NCBI GenBank assembly: GCA_040265175.1
Contig: JBDQGY010000001.1
Location: 1-54,254, forward strand
Direction: 5' to 3'
Length of the DNA: 54,254 bases
DNA from: Nannocystaceae bacterium
GTDB taxonomy: Bacteria > Myxococcota_A > Polyangia > Nannocystales > Nannocystaceae
Positions 25,905 through 33,207 of this stretch are shown piece after piece; positions within the stretch are counted from its first letter, which is position 1; each line of letters starts with the position of its first letter. Under the pieces are notes generated by a model. The model searched no databases. It was not told the DNA's origin and saw only the letters and a list, made by a program, of their open reading frames with translations. The position numbers were made by a program, and so were the translations under genes.

Positions 25905-26785
25905 GGCTCCCCGAGGATGGCCGCTTGAGGGAATCGACGTCGGCCCCGCTCGAGGGCGCCGCGGGCCCCGTCGACGTCCCCGCTCGCGAGGAGCGCGTCG
26001 TACAGCACTCGGTACAGTTTTGCGTCACGATCCCCCGCCATGGCGACGGCGAGGCGGGCGTGACGAATGGCGAGCTCGTGTTGGTCGGCCTGCGTCGCGA
26101 CCCGTGCGACCGCCTCGTGCATGAGTTCGGGAGAGAGATGGTAGGGAATCGCGCGGGTGTATAGGTCAATGGCCGCGGCGTAGTCTCCGGCGGTGTCGGC
26201 CCTCGCAGCTGCGGTTTCAAGGAGCGCTGGATCGTTTGGGAAGGAGTCCAGTCCCTCTTGGAGCCCACGCATTGCCGCCGCCTCTTGTCCTTGCGCCTCC
26301 CAGGCCCACGAGAGTTCGAGGTACAAGGCGGGCGAGACGACCCCCTCGTTGATTCGTTGTTGCGCGAGGGTAGATGCGCGCCGCGGCTCAGAGAGTCGTA
26401 CAAGGATTCGGCAGGTTTTTGCGGCGATTCGTGCGCTAGGGGCATGGGCGGCGAGCCACTCCGCGTGGCCCATGGCCTGCGTTGGGTCTCCGGCCTCCAT
26501 GGCCAGCAGCGCGAGTACGAGCCGGAGGGTGGGGTCGCTCATGGGCGGACGTGGGTGCAGACCCTCGAGCCGCTCGCGCGCCGTTTGAGTGCGTCCTCGC
26601 TCAAGATCGGCGAGCGCGGATTGGAGGTGTCGTTGCACGCAGGCGTCGTCGCACGCCTCACGCCCGCGATCGGGCGTCGCGGCGGCAGGGCTCGTGCTCG
26701 CGAGACACCCGCTCATCGCACAGATGACGCTGGCGGACACCATCCACCGCGTGCCCCGTGACAGATGGCTCCCGCCGGTGCTCAT
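25901..26785 (-). CDS. TPR-repeat lipoprotein
   Basis: ATG 26785 overlaps the upstream stop (ATGA). The lipobox is VICAMSGC. TPR-like helical pairs run throughout (AMGHAEWLAAHAP.., YAAAIDLYTRAI..). Confidence 0.75.
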   Translation of the reverse strand: MSTGGSHLSRGTRWMVSASVICAMSGCLASTSPAAATPDRGREACDDACVQRHLQSALADLERGRTQTARERLEGLHPRPPMSDPTLRLVLALLAMEAGDPTQAMGHAEWLAAHAPSARIAAKTCRILVRLSEPRRASTLAQQRINEGVVSPALYLELSWAWEAQGQEAAAMRGLQEGLDSFPNDPALLETAAARADTAGDYAAAIDLYTRAIPYHLSPELMHEAVARVATQADQHELAIRHARLAVAMAGDRDAKLYRVLYDALLASGDVDGARGALERGRRRFPQAAILGEP

Positions 26786-28545
26786 CCTCCCTTACCTTGT
26801 CGTTGCCACATCACCCAGGCGGTGATCGCGAACAGCACGAGGGTGAGCATCACCCAGCCGAGGGTCCCCGCGACGCCGCTCCCTCGGCTCGCCCGTCCGC
26901 GCCGCGCGGGCGCGGGCGTTGGTTGAAACGGCGTGGAGGATCCGTCGCTCGTCGTGCCGACTGCGGCGCCAGGGTCGTGAGGGGCCGCGCCGCGTGTCGC
27001 GGCCAACGAAGGCCCCGACTGTGGAGGAGGAACAGCGGGCGTGCCTGATAAGTCGAGTCCAATGCTGTCGGGTCGTAGATCCGGGGTGGGCGCGCCAGCG
27101 GGGCCGCCGAGGCCGAGGTTGGGGGGGGCGCTCGGATCCATCGAGACGAGCGCCGCGGCGCCTTCTTGCTCGGTCACGAACAGATTCATGGTGGCTGGAT
27201 GCTCCATCGCCTTTACTGGAGGCTGTCCTAACTTGCCGACGAGACTGTTGGGTTTGATTTTCCCCGCACGAATTCTTGACCGAAGGGTGTCGAGGTCGTA
27301 CGGCCCCTCATCGATTCCATCGACGACGACGACGAGTCGGACGTCGGCGTCGACCAGATCGAGAGAGATGCCGACGCCCGGGGGCTCGCTCGTCGCGGCC
27401 CCCCCGATCCCGGGGCTTAAGTCGATGTTGCCCACGGAGATTCCCTCCCGTGACTCGTCGCCACCGACGCCACCGAGACCGGGTGAGTCTAGGGTCGGGA
27501 TGTCGAGGCCGATTGCGGCCCCGACCCCGAGGTCGCCCACGGCTGGGACCTCATCCATCGTTGGGACCGCGTCCATCGTTAGGACCGCGTCGAGCCCGCT
27601 GTCAGGGGATCCATCCAAGGAGGAGAGCGCGCCGAGGTTCATAAAGCCGTCGGCTGAGGGGGGGTCTTCGACGGTGTTCGTCGGGGTGCCCGGGGAGGTC
27701 GGGGCGGCCGTCTCCGGGGTTGCTCCTGCACGGAATTTTGCGATCATGTCGAGGAACTCGAAGGCGTCGGACGGACGTGCGGCGGCCTGGGACGCGCAGC
27801 AGGTCACTAAAATGTCGCGGAGGGCAGGCGCCACGCGACCACGAAGTGACGGCAGATCATCGCCCGCGGCGGTGACACACGAGCCGGTGATGAGCTCGAC
27901 GAAGAGTGAACCGAGGAAGAATATATCGGAAGATGGGCTTGGCTTGGGTGCGTTGCCTCGCAGTTCGGGCGGGGGCATGGGCAGCGAACCGGACGCGTAG
28001 GCCTCACGCAGGATCGAGCCGCTGCGAAGTAGGGGCATCTCGCCGAGCCCTCCCAAGGCGACCGTTCCTTGCTTCGACAAAAAGATCGTCTCGCTGTTGA
28101 GAAAACCGTGGACCCGATCGGGGTGTAGGGCGCACAGGGCGTGCGCGACCTCAATGACGATTCCGATGGCGGTGGTCGGCGAGATTTCCTTGCCCCGAGA
28201 TCGTCGACGGTCGATGAAGTTTTTGAGGGTGGGGGACCCGGGATGCGCCCGAACGGCGATCACCGTCCCACTCACTTCGATACACCCGTAGGTGTCGATC
28301 ACGCTCTCGTGGCGGAAGGAACTCGCGGTGGACAGGGATGCCATCAGCCGCGCGCGCGCGTCCGGATCCGCGACGAACTCGGGCTCGAAGGACGTCAAGA
28401 GGAGCTTTCGATCCCCTTGGGATCCCAGGTAGTGCTCGCCGAATGGGGTCGAGCGGACTCGCTTGACCACCTCCAACGAGATCGTCGGTGCGAGCTCTGC
28501 CGCGGTCAGATCTCGCGGATCAAGTTTTGTACCTTTGTTGAGCAT
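26782..28545 (-). CDS. Tail-anchored pseudokinase with GYF_2-like domain
   Basis: ATG 28545. The fold is kinase-like but the catalytic motifs are degenerate. VHGFLNSETIFL replaces HRDLKPxN, and LGGLGE replaces DFG. PPE is retained. The middle contains VVVVDGIDEGPYDLDTLRSRIRAGKIKPNSLV (GYF_2-like). A single TM helix sits at the extreme C-terminus (GWVMLTLVLFAITAWVMW). Confidence 0.8.
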   Translation of the reverse strand: MLNKGTKLDPRDLTAAELAPTISLEVVKRVRSTPFGEHYLGSQGDRKLLLTSFEPEFVADPDARARLMASLSTASSFRHESVIDTYGCIEVSGTVIAVRAHPGSPTLKNFIDRRRSRGKEISPTTAIGIVIEVAHALCALHPDRVHGFLNSETIFLSKQGTVALGGLGEMPLLRSGSILREAYASGSLPMPPPELRGNAPKPSPSSDIFFLGSLFVELITGSCVTAAGDDLPSLRGRVAPALRDILVTCCASQAAARPSDAFEFLDMIAKFRAGATPETAAPTSPGTPTNTVEDPPSADGFMNLGALSSLDGSPDSGLDAVLTMDAVPTMDEVPAVGDLGVGAAIGLDIPTLDSPGLGGVGGDESREGISVGNIDLSPGIGGAATSEPPGVGISLDLVDADVRLVVVVDGIDEGPYDLDTLRSRIRAGKIKPNSLVGKLGQPPVKAMEHPATMNLFVTEQEGAAALVSMDPSAPPNLGLGGPAGAPTPDLRPDSIGLDLSGTPAVPPPQSGPSLAATRGAAPHDPGAAVGTTSDGSSTPFQPTPAPARRGRASRGSGVAGTLGWVMLTLVLFAITAWVMWQRQGKGG

Positions 28546-28621
28546 AGGCGCGGGGCAAGCCTGGCGAACTTTGAAATGATACCTGTCCTCGCTTCCTTCG
28601 GACAGTAACTAGTCGCGAGTA

Positions 28622-29992
28622 TCAATCAGCGGCCGCCTCGGCGTCCAGGTCGTTGCGGGAGGATCGAATTCCATCTAGCAAGTTGGCCGCGGCCTGACGC
28701 GTCGCGAGCGAGTTGTCGGAGGTCTCGTCGATCACGATTTCAAGCCATGGCTCGACCAGGGCGCGCATCTCGGGGGAGGTGGCGCGCACACGTCCGAGGG
28801 CCTGGAGGGTCTTCATCGCGAAGCTCTCGGGGCGGACCAAGATCCGCTCGTCGGCGTGATGGTCGGGTCCAGTGAAGACGCGGATCGAGGGGCAAGTTTG
28901 AGCGCGAAAGGTCGGCGATCGGCCGTCGAAGCTGCGCATCAACACCATATTGGAGCGCTCATCACCGAGTACGGAGAGGGCGTGAACGATGGCGCATGCC
29001 GTCTCAAATGGCGCCTTGAGGAGTCTCTGCTCGAGGACGGGGACGACGCTTCGCCCCTCGCGCTGGTCCCTGAGTTGGGCCATGGACCACGCGGCCATGG
29101 GGCCGACGCCGCCCTCGTCCCCCTTGTCGAGTGCGCGCGTGAGCACCTCCAGTCCATCGAGATGTTGGAGGTAGCCGAGGCCCCACACGAGCCGTACGTC
29201 CGCGGGTTTTGGGTCTTCAAGGTCGCGAAACAGCAATTCGATGAGTTGCGCCCGGATGGACCGATGCTGCACGCGGGCGAGGGCGAGGATGGCCTCTCGA
29301 CGCACGGTCGGATCGTCTCGGTCGAGAGCCTGTGCGAGCGGCTCGACCAGCTTCCCTGCGTAGGGCATGGACGCGTGGCGACCGAGAGCCCACGCCGCCC
29401 AGCTCGCTGTCTCGGCGTCGTTGTGCTCGGTCGCCCGGACGAGGGCGCGGACAGAGGCGGGTCGCGTGTTCAGGGCGAGCGCTCGGACGGCCACGAGACG
29501 CTGGGGACCCTCCTCCGTGTCCGTCCCCTTTAGTGTCCTCACGTGCTGGCCAGTGCTGTCGTAAAACCCGAGGAAATCTCGGGTGGCGAGGTTCAACAAG
29601 GCGTAGTTAAGCAAGCCCGCGATGACCAAGGAGAGCGGGAAGGTGACGCTGGGACGCCGGGTGGTCGCGACCATGTCTTCGAGATCGGAGTCCGCGTGCA
29701 GTGACTCGACGCTCTTGCCTTGCAGCGCCGTGATGCGAAAGCTCCCGGCGAAGATCACCTCGTCAGCCCACATCGCGTCCAAAACGGCGCACAGCGCGAG
29801 CAGCACATAAAACCCTGCGAGAAGGAGGGGCTCCAAGGAGGGCTCCAAACGCTCGCCGCGCACCCACATCGCGATGGCGTAGCCGATCACGAGCGCCATG
29901 ACGTGTGTCATCAAGGCGGCGAGGGCAAACTTTTGGCGCAGGGTGTACCCCCGCGACAGCCTCGACGTGGGTGACGGCATCGAGCGATACAT
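28622..29992 (-). CDS. Integral-membrane HEAT-repeat protein
   Basis: ORF track 28622..30373, but its first 127 codons are Arg/Pro-rich and overlap the vanW-like gene's 5' end. ATG 29992 gives MYRSMPS..., three TM helices, then HEAT-like units (DDPTVRREAILALARVQ). Confidence 0.75.
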   Translation of the reverse strand: MYRSMPSPTSRLSRGYTLRQKFALAALMTHVMALVIGYAIAMWVRGERLEPSLEPLLLAGFYVLLALCAVLDAMWADEVIFAGSFRITALQGKSVESLHADSDLEDMVATTRRPSVTFPLSLVIAGLLNYALLNLATRDFLGFYDSTGQHVRTLKGTDTEEGPQRLVAVRALALNTRPASVRALVRATEHNDAETASWAAWALGRHASMPYAGKLVEPLAQALDRDDPTVRREAILALARVQHRSIRAQLIELLFRDLEDPKPADVRLVWGLGYLQHLDGLEVLTRALDKGDEGGVGPMAAWSMAQLRDQREGRSVVPVLEQRLLKAPFETACAIVHALSVLGDERSNMVLMRSFDGRSPTFRAQTCPSIRVFTGPDHHADERILVRPESFAMKTLQALGRVRATSPEMRALVEPWLEIVIDETSDNSLATRQAAANLLDGIRSSRNDLDAEAAAD

Positions 29993-30069
29993 ACCGCGAC
30001 CAACGACGATCGCGACCCTAAGTTCCCCAGTTTCTGGACCGATCGGCGCGGAACTCTTAGCTTGACCGG

Positions 30070-31557
30070 GTGTCGGAGCGAGAGCACAGGCCGGAATTGG
30101 ACGAACCGACGGCTCCTCGGCCGGCAGCACGTTGGCGCGCGTTCTTCGCGTGGAGCGAGTCGACCTTGATTGGCGCGTCCTTCGTCGGCCTTTGCGCGTG
30201 GCTCGCCTCAGAATATACGGCGAGCCTCGACGAAGAGGTTGTGGTGCCCGGGGTCCACGTGGCAGGACTCGACATCGGGGGGTGGGATCTCGAACGAATG
30301 CGCGCGGGTGGGGGTGGCTTGTCGGCCCAACTGCTCGATGCGCCGCTGCATCTGACCACATCTGGAGGCGCACGAATCGACGCTACGCCGCGGCAACTCG
30401 GCGCGGATGCCGAACTAGAGGGAGTGGCCACCCGCGCCCTCCGTGTGGGTCGGACTGGTGCGGTTGTGGAAGACCTCATGACCCGCGCCGCGGCACGGGC
30501 CGGAGACGTGCGTCTCACTGTCCCCATGGCCTTCGACGAGGCGCAAGCGCTCGACGTGCTCGCGAAGCTCTCGCCCAAGTTCGACACGCCATCGCTACCA
30601 ACTCGACTCGACCTCGAGGCGAGATCGGTGATGCCCGCGACCCAGGGGACCGCCATGATGCCCCACGATTCGCTGTCTCGCGTGGCGGTGGCCTTGGCCT
30701 CCGGCGCCTCCGAGGTGGATTTGGTCGTCCGCTCCAAACCGGCGGTAGCCGAAGACCCGCTGCGCTCGCGAGCGGACCTGGCCTTTGGAGCGGTGCTTGG
30801 TCGCTTCGCCACCAGCTATCGCACGGGGTCGGCCCAGCGGGATCGCGGTCACAATCTCAAGCTCGGATCCGCCGCCATCGACGGCTATATTTTGGATCCG
30901 GGGGAGACCTTCTCGTTCAACGCGGTCGTCGGGGATCGCAGCGTGGAGGCGGGCTATCGGTTCGCCCCGGGCATCAACTCGGGAGAGATCGTCGACGTGG
31001 TCGGTGGTGGGATCTGCCAGGTCGCATCCTCCCTGTTCGCCGCCGGCTTTTTCGCCGGCCTCGACGTGGTGCGCGCCCGTCCTCACAGCCGGCCGAGCTC
31101 GTATGTGGACATGGGACTCGACGCCACCGTGGTGTACCCAAGCATCGACTTGAAGCTCAAAAACCCCTACGACTTCCCCGTGGTGCTGCACGTCACCGCG
31201 AATCGAGGGATGGTCGAGGCCGAGGTCCTCGGTCCCGGCCGAGATTTCAGCATCGTGTTTGGTCGGCAAGTGGACGCAGTAGTCCCGTTCGCGACCGTGG
31301 AACGAGAAGACCCGTCCCTCAAAGAGGGGCATCAAAAAGTGGTGCAGCGGGGGATGCGAGGCTTCACGGTCACGCGAACCCGCAGACGACTCGTGCGCGG
31401 GGAGCAGGTGGGACCGGAAGAGACGTGGCGTCTCGATTACCCTGCGACGCGCGAGATTATCAAGGTCGGCACGGGCGGTGCCGACGCAGAGGTGCCGGAG
31501 CGTCGGACCTCGCCCCAACTCCGCACTCCGCGAGCCTCCTTCGAAATTGTCCAATGA
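30070..31557 (+). CDS. VanW family protein
   Basis: GTG 30070. An N-terminal TM helix is present. The sequence reads HNLKLGSAAIDGYILDPGETFSFNAVVGDRSVEAGYRFAPGI..GGGICQVASSLF..ARPHSRPSSYV..GLDATV. Confidence 0.88.
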   Translation: MSEREHRPELDEPTAPRPAARWRAFFAWSESTLIGASFVGLCAWLASEYTASLDEEVVVPGVHVAGLDIGGWDLERMRAGGGGLSAQLLDAPLHLTTSGGARIDATPRQLGADAELEGVATRALRVGRTGAVVEDLMTRAAARAGDVRLTVPMAFDEAQALDVLAKLSPKFDTPSLPTRLDLEARSVMPATQGTAMMPHDSLSRVAVALASGASEVDLVVRSKPAVAEDPLRSRADLAFGAVLGRFATSYRTGSAQRDRGHNLKLGSAAIDGYILDPGETFSFNAVVGDRSVEAGYRFAPGINSGEIVDVVGGGICQVASSLFAAGFFAGLDVVRARPHSRPSSYVDMGLDATVVYPSIDLKLKNPYDFPVVLHVTANRGMVEAEVLGPGRDFSIVFGRQVDAVVPFATVEREDPSLKEGHQKVVQRGMRGFTVTRTRRRLVRGEQVGPEETWRLDYPATREIIKVGTGGADAEVPERRTSPQLRTPRASFEIVQ

Positions 31558-31683
31558 GAGGAGAAGACGCGCGCAGGCCATCCGGTGCGGGGAATCTCAC
31601 GACTTGGTGTAAAATTCGGAAGACGAACCAGTAGCAACGCTGGGGCGCCCAATGACTCCCCAGATTCTACGAGTTATGGCCTC

Positions 31684-31896
31684 TTAGGCGTAGACGTCGA
31701 CGATCCGTCCTTCATTGGACGCGCCATACGATTGGGTCCGGGCCGTCGCAGCAATGAGCTCGACCGCGGCGGGGCCTTCGATGGTGTTGTCCTGACGAAG
31801 GGCGCGGAGAATCTCGCCTTCGACGGTTGGATCCATATTTTGCCGCGCACGGACAATCTCGGAATCCAACGAGGGTTGTAGTGGTGTTATTCGCAT
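31684..31896 (-). CDS. Hypothetical small acidic protein (70 aa)
   Basis: The ORF track starts at TTG 31968; the first ATG is at 31896 (MRITPLQPSLD...). Third-position G/C is moderate. I recognise no family. It is weakly supported. Confidence 0.3.
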   Translation of the reverse strand: MRITPLQPSLDSEIVRARQNMDPTVEGEILRALRQDNTIEGPAAVELIAATARTQSYGASNEGRIVDVYA

Positions 31897-32379
31897 CTCC
31901 TCATACCTTTTGACCGACCTATCGACAACGTCGATGGCCGGATCCCTGCATCGAACGGCATCGTCCAATGGTTTTGTTCTCTTTAATTTTTATTTGAGTT
32001 CGTGCGCGAATAGCGCAAGACGGGGTTGGGAAGTCGACGTCTGCTCGGGTGCACAGTGGTCGCGTGGCGGCACGGCGGTCGGGGAGCGGGGGCCGAGTCG
32101 GGACCGCGTGGGGTCGCGAGGGCTGGCGGTCGGTGGTGGCCGGTTCGGCGCGAGTGGGGTCGCGTCGAGATCCACAAGATCGGCGGGATCGTGGCGCTCC
32201 GATCGCGAGGATCGAGCCGCGCCCTCGGACGATGGGGCGCCAAAACTTGACCGTGGCACCCGCAGATCGACCCCGTACGGTCCATGGCGAAAAATTGCGG
32301 GACTTTTGGGCGTGCTGTCACTTGCCTGTATCACCAAGACATCCCCGATCGTCCCGGGAAAAGGAAAGCGAGCGAGTTC

Positions 32380-33126
32380 ATGCGAGAGATGCACAAATGG
32401 AAAGACAAGGTCGAGTTCTCCCTCGACAACCGACAAATCTTCTTCCTCTTCTTCGGACTGTCGGTCCTTGGATGTTTTGTGTTTGTGCTCGGCGTAATGG
32501 CCGGCAAGCGCGTCGCGTGGGAGCCAGATGGCCGGGTGGCGAGTTTGGCCACCGCAGACTCGCTCGACATGCTCGAGGATGAACTTGCCGATGACGGCTT
32601 TGAGTTCCGCGAAGGTCTCGCCGCCTCGGACCTTGAGGAGATCCCTCCGACGAGGGATCCCGCCGAGCCCCCTCGGACGACAGAAGAGATCGAAGCTGCG
32701 GCGAAGCTCGCGGCGCTGGAAGACGACGCCGATGAGATCGTCCTCGATAGCGAAGACATCCAGTTGGCGAGCGCAGCGCCCGAACCCAGCCCGATCGCCG
32801 CTGCGATCCCGGTGGAGCCGCCAGCACGCGAGGTCGCGAAGGCCTCCAAGGCGACGTCGAGCAAGCCCAAGACCAAGGCGAAAGCCAAGGCAAGGCGCCA
32901 GTTTACGCTCCAACTCAAGGCATTTTCGCAGATGCAAGACGCGGAGAAGCTCGCCGGTCAGATGCGATCCAACGGCCACTCCATGCGGGTGGATAGCGCG
33001 GAGGTGAAGGGACGCACCTGGCATCGCGTGCGGCTCGGGACCTACACGAGCTGGAACGAGGCAGTCGCGGCGAAATCGGCCTTCGAGAAGAAAGAGAACA
33101 TCATCGCCTACGTGATGGCCATGTAG
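32380..33126 (+). CDS. SPOR domain-containing membrane protein
   Basis: The ORF track starts at 32284. ATG 32380 follows ggaaaaggaaagcgag and gives MREMHKWKD.., one TM helix (IFFLFFGLSVLGCFVFVLGVMAG) and an acidic linker. The C-terminal SPOR domain reads FTLQLKAFSQMQDAEKLAGQM..WHRVRLGTYTSWNEAVAA. Confidence 0.85.
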   Translation: MREMHKWKDKVEFSLDNRQIFFLFFGLSVLGCFVFVLGVMAGKRVAWEPDGRVASLATADSLDMLEDELADDGFEFREGLAASDLEEIPPTRDPAEPPRTTEEIEAAAKLAALEDDADEIVLDSEDIQLASAAPEPSPIAAAIPVEPPAREVAKASKATSSKPKTKAKAKARRQFTLQLKAFSQMQDAEKLAGQMRSNGHSMRVDSAEVKGRTWHRVRLGTYTSWNEAVAAKSAFEKKENIIAYVMAM

Positions 33127-33144
33127 CGTTGGCACGGATGGCGA

Positions 33145-33176
33145 GGGGGCGCTTCGGGGGACCGAGCGCCCCTTTT
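33145..33176 (+). terminator. Intrinsic terminator after the SPOR gene
   Basis: Stem GGGGCGCT (33146-33153) / AGCGCCCC (33165-33172), 11-nt loop, then TTTT 33173-33176. Confidence 0.6.
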
Positions 33177-33207
33177 GCGTGGGCGCTCGGTCGTCAACTG
33201 GAGGTGA

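Noticed and set aside
29993-30373. N-terminal 127 codons of ORF 28622..30373(-)
   Set aside because: It is Arg/Pro-rich with no signal or TM features. It overlaps the 5' end of the VanW-family gene on the other strand. The TM/HEAT protein starts cleanly at ATG 29992.
31973-32213. Possible replication origin: an AT-rich stretch, one DnaA-box-like AGATCCACA (32168-32176, 7/9 to TTATCCACA) and a GATC cluster
   Set aside because: There is only one weak DnaA box and no dnaA/dnaN context. The AT-rich stretch is only about 30 nt. GATC/SeqA logic belongs to Dam-containing gammaproteobacteria. I kept it only as part of the unexplained-intergenic finding.
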